From: Octopus sinensis
Taxonomy: Eukaryota
Length of the DNA: 64,000 bases
Direction: 5' to 3'
Assembly (NCBI RefSeq): GCF_006345805.1
Contig: NC_043008.1
Coordinates: 19,716,001 to 19,780,000, forward strand
Each line of letters begins with the position of its first letter. Within the stretch, counting starts at the first letter, position 1. Positions 27,171 through 41,439 of this stretch are shown piece after piece. The notes beneath the pieces were generated by a model. That model did not search any database. It was not told where the DNA came from and saw only the letters and a program-made list of their open reading frames with translations. Both the position numbers and the translations under genes were made by a program.

Positions 27171-27764
27171 ATAACGTATTATTCTATATCGTCTGCTCTG
27201 ACGACTATGTAGCTACTGTTTCGAGTTGGCTAAATAGCATCATCGAAGCTTGGTTATTAGTTGGATAAGATAGTTAATAGCGTAAGACGAAAAAAAATTA
27301 AAGAAAACAAATTTTCTTCGACTGGGAACCGAAATGATCTTGTTGAGCTGTATCTTTTGCCGGCCATGAATCCTATTTTACGCAATTTCTCTCGCTGTCA
27401 ATGGTGAATGATTTTGTCTAGACACAAATGCTCTGCAGTTGATGGTATTGAGGACGAGTAATTATTACACATTAACGGTTAAAGTGAACTGAATATACTA
27501 TAACTAGGAATAAAATGAAGCTCATAAACGCGAATTTGCTAAAACCCATATCCCTTTCTCGGTCTGTCTCCTCACTCCACCCCTCTTTCCCTCTCTCTCT
27601 CTCTCTCTCACTCTCTCTGTCAATCTACCAATTACCATACGCTAGATATTCTGCACAAATAGTGATTCAGCTAAAATCAATATCCTCAAAATGACTTCAA
27701 TGTGGAATATTACAATATGTATATACACACATATATACATACGTACATATACACATATATATAT

Positions 27765-27821
<57 letters not shown>

Positions 27822-27877
27822 ATACATTGTATATGTATATATATATAGCGAGAAAGAAGCAACAAGAATGGATAGTT

Positions 27878-27968
27878 TTTTAGTACGATCGTTTCATACA
27901 AGGACAGGTTTTATTAAAAGTTGCAAAGATTACAGCATATAAACGAGTCCCGTACTCATCAGCTAAAA
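27878..27968 (-). ncRNA. Type I hammerhead ribozyme motif (minus-strand copy)
   Basis: Reverse-complement copy of 28549-28639. Confidence 0.75.
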
Positions 27969-28548
27969 TACATGTAAGTTCTCTAGACATCCTAGTGTTT
28001 GAGGCTATACTCATGAAGTAATGTAGATAATTAAACAGATTTCTAAAGTTCATTAAAGTTCCTTAAAGATGATGTATAGTCTTAACCTTTAAGAGTTAAA
28101 TAGCTACAGCCTCTTGTGAATAGCAGTAGTGTGATTAATATGGCAAACACCTAATCATATAACAAGGATTGGTACCTACCTCATTGTGTTCAACCATTGT
28201 AAAATTTATCGCCTGTGAATATGAAATTCATCTCCATTTCTCTGGAAATTTACATCTACACCATTGGAATCTGTGCATATATACAAAGGATTAATTCACC
28301 CTCTCTGTAATGCTAATAACAATGGATAAATTTGTCTCTGTGAGTATATAATCCCTCATCAATCTATGGAAATTCATATGGATTAGGTCACCTTCTCTGT
28401 GATGCTATCAAAACTTTTTTAAAATTCTGTGATAAGACTATACATCATCTTTAAGGAACTTTAATGAACTTTAGAAATCTGTTTAATTATCTACATTACT
28501 TCATGAGTATAGCCTCAAACACTAGGATGTCTAGAGAACTTACATGTA

Positions 28549-28639
28549 TTTTAGCTGATGAGTACGGGACTCGTTTATATGCTGTAATCTTTGCAACTTT
28601 TAATAAAACCTGTCCTTGTATGAAACGATCGTACTAAAA
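28549..28639 (+). ncRNA. Type I hammerhead ribozyme motif
   Basis: Helix I TTTTAG/CTAAAA; core CTGATGA (28555-61); helix II GTACGGGAC/GTCCTTGTAT; GAAA (28622-25); palindromic helix III ACGATCGT; predicted cleavage after GUA at 28633. Confidence 0.75.
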
Positions 28640-28876
28640 ACCTATCCATTCTTGTTGCTTCTTTCTCGCTTATAATCACCCCACATTACTGTATTGTTAA
28701 ATCAGTATAGTTCTTTTTGGTGCATCTAAGTTAGGTACCATATTCAAGTAAATTTTTTAAATTAACTTGAATCTTTATTGCTCTTTGTATATATATATAT
28801 ATATATATATACACTAATTTATGTCTTTCTCTCCATATGTTTCTATATATATATATATATATAGATGGACAGATAT

Positions 28877-28935
<59 letters not shown>

Positions 28936-29158
28936 TACATACATACATACACACACACATATGTATATATATATACATATATATGTACACTTGCTTCAGT
29001 CATTCCTTTATATGTCTGTGTATTTACTTAGTTTTATGTAGGGAAATTATTAAAAATATGGAAAGTAAAATAAAGCGGACAAAGAAAATTGAATAATATT
29101 CTATTGATGTTGTTATTTTTCCAACGGCCAAATATTGAGCTATGGTGAGACGTACGCA

Positions 29159-29194
<36 letters not shown>

Positions 29195-30584
29195 ATAGCA
29201 TAAATGTACTAACATAATTCCTGCATGTAGGTATGTTCTTGGGCGTATGTGTACGCGTGCATATACATTAGCGTGAAGAGGACGATCTTAACAAAACATA
29301 GAAAGAGAGAGTGATGTAAAGTGGTAGAAGATATGAGAACTAAGTAGATAATAAGGTCGTCAAAACGAAAATGTTATAAATGTGTCTTGAGTGATAGGAA
29401 AGTGTAAAACGGAGGAAAAAAAAGATAAAAAAAATTAGATCGATAGTTAGGCCGATCGATAAATAGATAACTGAATAGAATGAAATTGAGATGTAGCAAT
29501 AAAGAAGAAAAAAAAACCAAAAACAGGCTTTGGGAGAGAAAGAAAAAGTCAAATGCCTTTTGTAATAAGTGAATAACTGTTTACAGTAGAACGGAACATA
29601 TGGTTATTGGAAGTCGTTTCTCGAAAAGAACGCATTAATGGTTAAAACATTTGTTTGATTTTGGTTTCTGCTATTGTTACTGTTGTTGTTGTTGTTGTTG
29701 TTGAGGCTGTTGTTGCTGATGTTATCATTATCTTGTTGCTATCATTGATATCTTGTTCATATTGTTAGATTCGTCGATACGTTTGTTTGTTTATATTTTT
29801 TCACGTCTTTGTGTTTATTATTCATTTTCAGTAATGAGAATGTTAAAATACCAGCAGTGGTTTCCAGCTGTCGTTGATCTCCGGACAAAAAACGGTTTCC
29901 ATTATTTAGTTTAATAACTCAACTTTCCTATATTCTGTCTCAACTTGTCATGTGACCCAGACATGCAGTTCATTAGTCTCCATTAATTATAACCCTGAGC
30001 TGCATAATAATAATATATGACTTCTTGGTAATTTACAAAAGTATGTATTTAGTTAATTAATCTCGAATATAAACATTCTGTAAGGTGTTACATCCTGCAA
30101 AATTTGCACTTATTTACAGCCAGGTAGACAAATTGATATGAAGCAAATTGCTCAAGAACAAACTACACTGATCAGACCAAGAATTCAACCTACGCGCTTT
30201 GGGTCATAACTCTAATGCCTTAACCACTAGGCTTTGCACTTTAATAAATATAACTGGAATACAGGTTGAAATAAAATATTTTAGGAATGGATTACTTCAA
30301 TGAACAAAAAATAAATATTGGGCAATTTTGGTAAAATTTCAAGTATTTTCGTAACGCTTTACGTAGTTTTTTGATAGAATTTCAAACAAAACATCGTTGT
30401 CTTTTAATTACCTAAGTGGGAATAGCCAAATGCCAATGCTAAACATGAGCTTATATAGTTTCTACATGGTACTGCAAGCAATGTCGTATAATTTCACGCT
30501 AGTCGAATTTCGGCTTAACGATGTATTAATTGATACGGTTTTTTTTCTTAAGTTTTTGCTAATAATATAAATATGTATGACGCT

Positions 30585-30760
30585 GGGCGAAATGCTTGGC
30601 GGCATTTCGTCCATCTTTACATTCTGAGTCCAAATACCACCGAGGTCGTCTCTGTCCTTCATCATTTCGAAGTCGATAGATACCAGTTAAATACTGAAGT
30701 CGACGTAATCGACTTATCCCCTCCTCCGAAATTGCTGGCTTTGTGCCGTAATTAGAAACC
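30585..30760 (+). mobile_element. SINE family A, degenerate
   Basis: GGGCGAAATGCTTGGCGGCATTTCGTC ... CTGAGTCCAAAT.CC.CCGAGGTCG. Confidence 0.7.
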
Positions 30761-30894
30761 AAATATATGTAGATATTATTTTTCAAATGCGACAAAGATT
30801 AGCAATACCAATAATGGTACACCTTCTGGTCTGAAATCTGCAAGACACGCACCACCAGTGCTTCTGCCTCCGCTTTTGTAGAATAAAATCATCC

Positions 30895-31262
30895 GTGGGA
30901 AAAGTCTGGCTGCATACACGTTAGCATATGTCAGGTGCATACAATTGGCAACACAGTTAATTAAGATTTATTCAGTGAGTTCTATTCAACACATGTTTAC
31001 ATGTGGAATTAGTAGAATCATTAGTAAATTTAAATGGCTCGCAGGCGAGGCGAACAAATTAGCGAGAGAGATAGACTGGCAATACTTGCAGTCTTGGGAA
31101 GAGCTATCAGAGCGGAAAATTCGAGGATGTATTCAACATCAAACTCGTGTTGAGCGTCAAATAGTTCACTGTCGTGGTGGTAACAGATTCGTGTAATAAA
31201 TTTTGTGTTTATTTTTGATTCGTAATATATATTGTTTTCGGATGCAGCCAGACTTTTCACAC
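30895..31262 (+). mobile_element. Internally deleted Tc1-like element (MITE-sized)
   Basis: 21-bp TIRs GTGGGAAAAGTCTGGCTGCAT / ATGCAGCCAGACTTTTCACAC (1 mismatch); interior encodes a Tc1-type C-terminus ...QSWEELSERKIRGCIQHQTRVERQIVHCRGGNRF. Confidence 0.75.
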
Positions 31263-31789
31263 AATTTATCACATCACTACATAATTTCGAGAAGCGGCTG
31301 GGTGGTTATGAAATCCATTACATAAATATTTTGTTTCGGTATTGATCTCAATGAGGAGCGTCGCGAACAAGTGTCTTTTAATATGTCTTGTGTTCGCCCA
31401 TAAGGAATTTCGTAGACGTAAATATATACGGAAACTGAAAAAAAGGTAACTTTTTTTTCTTTTCTTGCTTTCACATCACTATCTGACCAAGGTCTCGTAA
31501 CGGCTTGAAATAGATCGATGAATTATGCGAGGTTTTAGCAAATATGACAAGCAAGCATGGCTGTACTCGATCTGAAGTTAAATATATTAATTTCTCCTTC
31601 AATTAGACAGACGAATTGGAGTCCTCGTCTCAATCTGTTGCTGGTGAAAATGTCAAAGTTGTTGTTCTCCTTTTATCTCAGCAATGAAATTCATAGCGAT
31701 TTTAGCTGCATGTCTAAAGAGTTAAGAATCTTGGATGAGTTGGTGCAAGGGTGTTTGGCGCTGCTAATATTTTTGCAGAAGAATAAAGG

Positions 31790-32260
31790 TTCGGATCTTT
31801 AGTTCTTTGGTCCCCACTGTCTTACTCTATAACCCTAAGACGTGCACAGATTCCGGAACGCTTAGTAACCAATTGGCTCCCCTGATGCCGGGCGCTTCGT
31901 TGGATTAGGGTTACAATTGGTCGGATTTTGTATCCAACCAACAACTCTATTCAGAAACGTCGATGCGTCCTGTTAGTTGCATAATTCAGGGTAGCCAGCT
32001 CAGTCTGTTTGGATTTTCCGAGTTAGTCCCTACTGATCATTTTCTATCCTCTGAGGATCCGGCTGGTTTGATGGTTGGTGTGGGTCGACCACGTTCTGAA
32101 TGGTCACAGCAAAGGAAGGGGTATTTCACGGAGATGAGGATTGGCAGGGTCTGTGTTCGACGGACGGCAAAGGGGGTCCCAGGAATATACTGACTCGAGA
32201 ATAGTGAATGCAGTGACACGCTGCAACGGCGTATGCCCTACGCCTGATTGCCCTCAGTCA
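31790..32260 (+). mobile_element. Decayed RTE-like LINE 3' fragment
   Basis: GYNWSDFVSNQQLYSETSMRPVSCIIQGSQLSLFG...EDPAG...GRPRSEW matches the C-terminal pattern of RTE-group ORF2. Confidence 0.65.
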
Positions 32261-33459
32261 CAGTGTTCTTGAAGATGGTCAAGGTCTTTCACCATTCTCT
32301 TTTGACTATGCTGTACCAAATACGTTTATGGAAGATATATAAAGATTGAACATATTAATCTCTTTAATTTCCCAATATTGTTTATATTTTACAGAGTTCA
32401 ATATTTCTTTCACTATTCCCATTGTCGATAAACACATATTGATCACGCTGCTTTTTAAACATGAGTTAACATTTGATATAAATATATTTGAATTTAGAAG
32501 CAAATATTTATTTTGAAAACCGATTTTGCTGACTTAAACCGTTCTAATGTATTTGTAAAAGCATACATAAAAAAATATATAATTTGCTGTGCTGTATTTT
32601 TATGCTCTCAATCTTGATTAATTCAATTATAACAATATTTGATTTTCTTCGTCTAGGTCAAAAACATAGTAATTTTAGAAGACAAAGAGTAGGAGATTGA
32701 GAACTTTGCCTGGTTAACACTAAGGGTAAAACCACTGAAGTATGAATAGAAACATGGATTTTAGCAGAAAAACGAAATGACTTAAAGTGCTGGATGCCCA
32801 GCAAATTATATCGTGCCCGATGGGAGTCTGCAATTACCTTTCAGTTATTACTTTCTTTTGAATTGTCAAACAAGTAATTTAGAGAAGAATTCAATATGTA
32901 GATTGAGATGTTTGCAAGGGTTTAAGCTACGTAAACGAAATGAAATTACGTCAAACGAAAATGGGAAAATGATTATTCAACCCACCATGTAGATAAAGCC
33001 TTTTTATTTTATTCTTCTAATTTATGGTGCACGTCGAGCATAATAATTATATAGAATAACTGTTACCATGGCTGAGTTATGCAGATAGATAGATAGATAA
33101 TGGTAATTGTGGTGCCAGATTCATTGGATATTTTACGTCTTTAGAGGATTCTAGAATCTGAAGCAGGTGCTTTTGTAAAATATGATTCTCAAGATTCGCT
33201 TTGTAGACATTCTGAAAGTTGTTATGATCACCAAGATAATTAATTTAAGGATGGAGAAATATTATAGTTTGACAGCTTTGCTTTTGGGATTCTATAGAAG
33301 CAAACTAACATGTACAAATATTAGTTTTCCCAACTTACGTTTCAGGAAAAAATAATGATCAAGCCCGCAATAACTTGACACGTTGACTGGATCGGTAGCG
33401 GGGAAAATAGACAGTACAATTTAAATAAATGTTTTCGTTATAGGATTAAATTTATTGTT

Positions 33460-34030
33460 TTCTACTCTAGGCACAAGGCCCGATATTTTTGGCCAGTCGA
33501 TTAGATCGACTCCAGTGCGTAACTGGAACTTAATTTATCGACTCCGAAAGAATGAAATGCAAAGTTGACCACGGCCGAATTTGAACTCAAAATGTAATGG
33601 CAGACGAAATAACGCTAAGCGTCTCACCCAGCCTGCTAAAGTTTCTTGTTTATTTTCTACACACGGGGGGCTAAAATTAGAAGGGACAAACAAGGACAGA
33701 CAAAGGTATTAAGTCGTTTACATCGACCCCAGTGCGTAACTGGTAATTAATTTATTGACCCCGAAAGCATGAAAGGGAAATTCGAAATCGGCAGAATTTG
33801 AACTCAGAAAGTAGCAGCAGGCGACATACCTATTTTTTTACTGCCCACAAGGGGCTATACACAGAGGGGACAAACAAGGACAGACAAACGGATTAAGTTG
33901 ATTATATCGACCCCAGTGCGTAACTGGTACTTATTTTATCGACCCCGAAAGGATGAAAGGCAAAGTCGACATCGGCGGTATTTGAACTCAGAACGTAGCG
34001 GCAGACGAAATACAGCTAAGCATTTCACAT
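33460..34030 (-). mobile_element. SINE family A, three tandem units
   Basis: Three repeats of CGACCCC..AAG.ATGAAA.GCAAAGT.GAC ... TTTGAACTCA. Confidence 0.9.
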
Positions 34031-34184
34031 TTTTGTATTTCCCACAAGGGAACAACAAAGAGGGGGCATTACAATCTGATATGGGGTCAGAGTTCACGTA
34101 TGAGTTAACAAAAGGATGAATTTAGAAATATTACATAAATATGAATAGTTCGAATGATAACATATACAAGACAAAAATACCGAC

Positions 34185-34340
34185 TACCACTTTTTAAGCA
34201 CTTTGATGGTTTCCTGCGAGAGAAGGAGTTCAAAACTCAAACCGATGCTGAAAGTGCATTCAAAAAGTTCATCAGCTCCAGAACTCCAGATTTTTATGTT
34301 ACCAGAATAAACAAACATTTAACTCTTTGGCAAAATTGTG
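34185..34340 (+). pseudogene. C-terminal fragment of a cecropia/Hsmar1-like mariner transposase
   Basis: PLFKHFDGFLREKEFKTQTDAESAFKKFISSRTPDFYVTRINKHLTLWQNCV. Confidence 0.8.
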
Positions 34341-34344
34341 TTGC

Positions 34345-35510
34345 TATGACAGCAGGTTGTAATTATACCTTGTGCTTATTCTCAGTGCAAGTTTTGAAGA
34401 GTGTAGTTCGATTTTAACAGTTATTTGTCAAAGTTAGAGTGGAAATGAGAAAAGAGCATATTCGGCATATTTTTTTTTGTGAGTTCAATAACGTCAACAA
34501 CTCAACGTAAAGTAAGACGAGTATTAAAGCAGTATATGGGAATCAGACAATAAGCGTAAGCCAGTGTCAACGGTGGTTTCAGAAATTCCGCGCCGAAAGT
34601 TACAGCCAAGGCGACGAGACTCGTCCTGGAAGATATGTTGAGCTCCACAAGGTAGTCCGGAAAACTCTGGTGGGAGAAAATCCCATCGTAACTGCTGAGG
34701 AACTAGCAAAGAAGCTTGGAATTGGCCATTCATCGACGCTTGCGTGCCATCGAAAAATCAGCAAACTGGGTCAATGGGTTCCTTACAAAATTTCCGAGTT
34801 TAATCGCAGGCAGAGAGTGATTGTGTGCTCTTCTTTACTCTCACGTCTCATGCATTAACCCTTTTTGGACAGAATAGTGAGTGGTGACGACAAATGGGTT
34901 GTCTATAAAAATATCTTCAAGCGCCCAAGGCAGTGGGTAGGGAAAGGAAAATCACGTCACCCCTGGCAAAGGAAGGTCCTCACCTACGTAAGGTGCTGTT
35001 ATCTGTTTGGTGGGATATAAAATGTATATTCCATTTTGAAGTTTTAAACCCAAACCAAACGATAACAAATGGGACCTACTGCGAGCAGCTTGAGCAGCTT
35101 AAAAACGACCATCGAGATCGGCTGTTTCTCCATAAAGATAATGCTCGACCACATACAGTGAGGATGACATTCTAAAGGCTGGTGCAGTTTGAATAGGAAG
35201 CAATTCCCCACCCACCATATTCGTCGGACATTGCCACATCTGGTTATCATTTATTCCGCAGTCTTCAAAATCACTTGGATGGAAAAATATGAATTCTGTT
35301 GACGAGGTCAGAACAGTACTGGAGGAGTATTTTTCGTCACGGACAAGTGAATCTTGGAAGAGGGGCCTTGCAAGTCTACAAGATAAGTGGAAGAGCTGTG
35401 TAGAAAATGAAGGAGATTATATTTTAGATTAAAAACGAATTTCGTTTATTTTAATTTTGAAAAAAAAAACACGTATAGTAAAAAAGCATTATTTATGGGA
35501 TGACCCAATA
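34345..35510 (+). mobile_element. Decayed mariner, right TIR only
   Basis: MRKEHIRHI..., QCQRWFQKFR, WVPYKI, SGDDKWV, LHKDNARPHT, HPPYSSD; right end ATTTATGGGATGACCCAATA; many stops and frameshifts. Confidence 0.9.
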
Positions 35511-35944
35511 CATTTATTTTATTATATACAATTATATAATTACTCACTTGTGTATTTATTTTTATAAATGTTTTGTTACAACTACTAACCACGTGTTCAT
35601 AATTAGTTTTATTGTAATGTCTAAAAATTTGAATTATAACGATTTTAAATACAGAAACAAGACCACACAGGAAAGAGGCGTTCGATTACATCGACTCACA
35701 ATGACTTTATAGGCCACGAATGAAACTCGAAGCCTCGCACTGTGTAATATGAACTCGGCAAAAGAATCAGTTTCCTCGTTTATATTTCCTTTGCAAGGCC
35801 GTCATGGAAGACAATATATTTTGAATGCAATCCACAGCGCAATAACAGACTAGAGGAGAATATCGATTGAAATTAACTCCCAATATGTTAGTGGAAACCT
35901 GATCTGGGATTGCGTAATAAGACGTCAAATGTTCGTAGTAATCG

Positions 35945-36359
35945 TGAGTCCTCGTCATCATTAACGTCATCATCGTCGTCCTTGACGGCGTCGGCGTCGT
36001 AGCCACCGTTATAATTGTCATTGTCGTCGTTATCATCATCAACATTATCACTAGATGTCATTGTCATCGTAGAGGTCAGTTCCGCCATCACCACTATGAT
36101 TATCACCAAGGTCATCAATATTTCAGGTACCAAGTCTGCAACAGCCAGCACAAAAAGCCACCACCAATGTCAACACCACCACAACCACCAATATCAACAT
36201 CACCACCAATACCACCACCACCACCACCATGACCACTAGTATCACTACCATCACCATCACCACATCCACCACCAATACGAACATCAGCAACACCACAAAA
36301 CAATCGACACCGGCAACAGCACAGCCATCAGCGCAATAGTTACCTAAGAGAAATGCCAT

Positions 36360-36401
<42 letters not shown>

Positions 36402-36413
36402 GACTACTACTAC

Positions 36414-36460
<47 letters not shown>

Positions 36461-36470
36461 CCACCACCAG
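35945..36470. repeat. Compound trinucleotide low-complexity tract (CAT/CAC/CTA/AAT)
   Basis: Direct reading. Confidence 0.85.
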
Positions 36471-36864
36471 CCCCGTCGTCATCTTTAGATTAGTAGGATA
36501 TGCAAGCATAATAGTAATTTTGTCTGATAATAGTGATATTATAATCCGCAATTTTTATTATCATTAATATTATTTATTGATACTTATTTCTTAGCTGTAA
36601 TTAATTTAATATTAATGAAGCTGCAATGAAGCGTGCCTGCAGTTAATGTTAATATTATAGCAATCATTCATTAAGATATGTCATGAAAAATATATGAAAC
36701 CGTAAACAAAAATAGCAAAATAAATTTATTTTTGGAGGATTTCATTTACTCTGAGTTAGCAACCACGAATCATTTATTTGAATAACATACAAAGACAGTG
36801 GTAGAAAGATATGAATCTTAAAAAAAAACACGAGAGAATAAACTACAATAATATTAACGGTATG

Positions 36865-36997
36865 TAGGCGCAAGGAGTGGGTGTGTGGTAAGTAGCTTGC
36901 TTACCAACCACATGGTTCCGGGTTCAGTCCCAGTCTCAGGCCGACCAAAGCCTCGTGAGTGGATTTTGTAGACGGAAACTGAAAGAAGCCCGTAGTA

Positions 36998-37060
<63 letters not shown>

Positions 37061-37155
37061 TGTGTGTGTGTGTGGTGTGTGTATGTGTTTGTGTGTCTGT
37101 GTTTGTCCACCCAACATCGCTTGACAGCCGATGCTGGTATGTTTACGTCCCTGTA
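36865..37155 (+). mobile_element. SINE family D with internal (TA)n and a deletion
   Basis: GGCGCAAGGAGTGGGTGTGTGGTAAGTAGCTTGCTTACCAACCACATGGTTCCGGGTTCAGTCCC head. Confidence 0.85.
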
Positions 37156-37271
37156 ACATTTCTAGTCTCCCTGTCCATTCTACGCTAGACTACGCTACCT
37201 GCGCCCTACATTAGAAGTAACACATTCCCCAAAACACATACATAATACATACATGTGTGTGTAAGCATGCA

Positions 37272-37354
<83 letters not shown>

Positions 37355-38126
37355 CATGTATGTATGTATACATATATATATGAATATATATATATATAAC
37401 AGAAATACTAAAAATAATTAGTCTCTCTGTGATGGCTCCAGTGGCGTATGAACACATATTCATCATAAAGGAAAAACGCCATTCTCAAATTTCCCGGCAT
37501 ATATCAGCAATAAACATAAAAGGTTTCATATATATATATATATATAGATTTCTATATATATATATATATCAAAGATTTCTATGTTTTTTTTCTCTCGTTG
37601 ATTTCGCCCCATCGTAAAGTTTTAAAAGCGTAATACACGAAGTCCTAATTTAGCAATAATTCCGTGAAAAAGAAATGAATTTGAATGGTGGTGAAATTGA
37701 ATTCCTCATTTGCATGTTAGCAATCATTGGCCCATCAAACAACTTACAGTTATCAACTTTCATCAAACTAATCGATTGCAGGCCCAGTAAAAACAAAGAC
37801 TAATAACAGAAGAAAAGATATTAAGCAGCGTGCGAATTCCGAAATCGATAATGATCATATTGTATTGATAAGATAGGGTCTTTAACATTTACAGCGAATA
37901 ATACAAACTGTGTAATGATGGATCGATGGTTCGTTAAATCCCATATATAAAGCGGTGAAGTGTCAAAATCGTTAACGTGCGGACAAAATTCTTAGCGGTA
38001 ATTCTTTTCATTTTGAACTCCAATGCCTCCTTTTGGGTCCAATAAGAAGTAGCAGTTGTGCACTGGGGTCGTTATAATTAACTAACTTCCACTCCCATAA
38101 AATTGACAGCAGTGTGCTAAAAGTTT

Positions 38127-38185
<59 letters not shown>

Positions 38186-38249
38186 TATATTTCATAGCTC
38201 ATACTGCTTTCCAGTGTTGGAAAAGGACAACAGCAACAGGGAACGGACT

Positions 38250-38415
38250 AAGCCGGGTACATCGACCACAGTACTCAACTAGTATATGTTTTATCCACCC
38301 TGAGAAGCTTAAAGAAAAGGTCGACCTCGGTTGAATTTGAAATCAGAACGTGCAGATGAACGAAACGTCACTAAGCATTTTGCCCGGCGTGATAACGATT
38401 CTACCAGGTCATCGC
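38250..38415 (-). mobile_element. SINE family A, degenerate
   Basis: AAGGTCGACCTCGG..GAATTTGAA.TCAGAACG on the plus strand. Confidence 0.7.
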
Positions 38416-38857
38416 TTTATTTCACAATACATACTAACTAATATACGATTATATTAAACCGTTTTACTCTACGAGTGGAAGCAATTCCAAAATCCCTGTT
38501 ATGTTTTCTGATTGTTCTTGACGTAAATTAAATGGCGAAATGCGTATTATTTTGAGGATAGTGAATACCCCGCCACACGCACACACAGACAGAGGATCAA
38601 TGAAAGTCTTCTGGATGATAAATACAAGGCCCACACGAAAGAAAAATGATATGAAAATATATGATATGTATACATGTACTTGTGTTTGTAGTGGACTGCT
38701 TGTCAAACATATGGCGAGTATAAAATTACCAACGTAGAATCTCTTCACTGTTTCACTCTTTCTCTCTCTTTATGCATACATAAAATGAAGCCGAGAATGA
38801 CGTATGAATATTTGTGCTTGTTTGCATATATACATATATATATATATATATTATATA

Positions 38858-38929
<72 letters not shown>

Positions 38930-39161
38930 CGTGTGTGCGTGTGTTGAATGTAGGGGAGGAGTTTGTTTGTATATGCAGAGAAAATATCAATGGAAATATG
39001 TCACTCGTTTGAGTGTGTTATTATTTTTTAATGCCGGAAGTAAATGTTAAATGAAAAGTTTTTATTGCATTCATATATGTGGAATATATTCGTTGTCCAG
39101 GAAGCTACAATGCAGAACGACTGTGCATTATATGTATAATATATACATCATATGTCTATGA

Positions 39162-39232
<71 letters not shown>

Positions 39233-41439
39233 GTGTGTGTGTATATATATATATATATATGTATATGTACATATACACACACTTACGCACACAGATAAAC
39301 ATGCACACACAACACGCATAGAAAGACACACACACACACACACACACACACAGCCATTAGATAGGAAAGAATGTCCGGTCGCATTTAAAGATGGGAAATA
39401 AACACATGCTTGCTTGATATTTATTGACACTCTAGCATGCACTGTCTATTCCCGCGCCATGTTAAGCAAGGAACGCTAATGTACCATTGCATGCGGTCGG
39501 CATTTGTACATATCAGCATTATGTACAGAGTACGGAAACTTTCGTTCCATTTAGTTCTGTAATCATTTCCATTTGAAAATGCATAAATAAAGAATCGAGC
39601 ATTCGCATTTGATGTTGGCTCCTCGAATTTTTCTCCAATTATTTTCGGTATTCTGCCTGTTTGTATATTTTCGGCAATTGTGGTAAATATAACCTTTGCC
39701 TTTTACCCCAGTCAAAAATACTTCGTGTTCAGCTTTGACTAAAACACCCATCACCGTGCTTAGTTTGTATCAGTACTGGGGTTAGTTTTCTTAGATAATG
39801 AGGGCAATACTATGTAGTTATTTTTTCGGTTTAGTTATAGATTTTAACGTTTTTGAAAGTACCGTCATATTTCTCATCACACTGATTTTCGTTGCTAACT
39901 TCCTTATATTTTTGTTATCCTCTTTGTGAAACAGAGGCAGTTTTTGCGTTTTTTTTTTATCTATGTTTCTTCCTAAATGTTTCGTATGCTATCATTCTGT
40001 ATGAGATATTTTGTAGCCCTACAGTTGATCGTTTATGTATTCAAGTCGCAGAATATTCCTCACAGGGTGCATTCCTGGCAAAATGTAATATATCCATGCC
40101 AGCTTTCTGAAGAGTGTGTAATAGCAACACAACAAACATTATTTCCTGACATATATTCCTGTCTAATCATGCTTCTTGGCCTCACATTCAAATTAAGATA
40201 TCATACATCTGACTTAGAAATGGACAAATTAGATCATTGATACATATTAGTTTACTTTGGGCATCTAGATTTATTTTAAATATTCATGTAATGTTTCGAC
40301 ATTTCTCCTTAATTTTTCTACCTCTGCTCGTGCGAGTCGCCTATTTCATTCGTTCCTAAGTAGCTACAAGTCTATGTTTGACAATTCTTATGCTTTTCCT
40401 GTTTCTTAGCACGTTATGCAGTTAACGTTGACAATTCTTCTCTTTTCAAGATTGATATAGATTATGATTCTCAGCAGGATTTAACGTACGTTTTTTAGAT
40501 TCATATCATTTCCTGTTGTTTTCTATTTGCTTCCCAAAGGGCTATATTTAGTCTAGGATGAGATTTGTGTTCCTTTTACGCAAAGCTTCCGTTTCTACTT
40601 ATCATATTTTCCCTTACTTTCATGTCGATAACTTTCGTGATAATTCTTGCTGAACAAAATAAGTAGCATTTTTGTTCCTGCACCTCTCCGAAAGCCTTCC
40701 ACAAACCTTTTACTAGATTTTCCAAGTTATCAATGATTATTGAAAGTCAGTGCAAATCACGCCTTATCTAGAAAGTAATTCAAAGGTAAGCATAATCATT
40801 TTATAATCGGAGATGGGTCCTTCAGATTGCGCCTGTTGTAACTCTTCATTCATTCAAAGGAACTGCTTAACATAATTTCAATCACAAACGATGAATTTGC
40901 AGTTTCGTTGAAACGAACTCATGAATCTTTCCCTTTACGTCAAATCTTCGAAGACTGTCCTTTTCTGGAAGCAGAGGACACCAGATCAGGACTGCATTGT
41001 GGGTTAGGCTGAATTACCTAGTTTGTCGATTACCTGTGCTGTTGCCAAATATGTCTGTGATTCCATTTTGTGAAGGTGAAGGTCAACGTTTCTCAGATTC
41101 TTGTTTCACTTCTTCTTTCCGATGTCTTCTTCTAAGAAGTGCTTGAATCAACCTTTATTTTTTTTTACGCTACAGCTAGGTTCTAGAAAATCAAGCTGAA
41201 TGACACCGATGTGAAGCCAGAAAAATTTCACGACATTCTGTGCCGATAGTTCGCTTAGAAATACGTAATCACAGGAGATGTGACGGTATCATTCAATGGA
41301 CTGGTCTATTGTTTCCAGATCGTAACGATTCTTTCACGCTTCATCCACTGCTACCAGTTGCAAAAGAAGGGGCTTCGTTGGCTTCAGACGCAAATCAAAA
41401 CATATTGCTACCCTTTTCTATTTAAAATCCGGCGTCTCT

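Larger units (their letters stand above)
27847..28790. mobile_element. Foldback element: 238-bp inverted arms, each with a hammerhead motif, plus a conserved tail; probably Penelope-like-derived and non-autonomous
   Basis: 27847-28084 vs 28433-28670 differ at 1 position; flanked by TA microsatellites; tail homologous to that of the 47427 element. Confidence 0.8.

Noticed and set aside
35767-36551. Overlapping ORFs with poly-H/T/V/L/D runs
   Set aside because: Compound trinucleotide low-complexity tract; no splice or domain support
40107-40140. CTGAAGA-GTGT...ACAC
   Set aside because: GAAA box is absent after the stem
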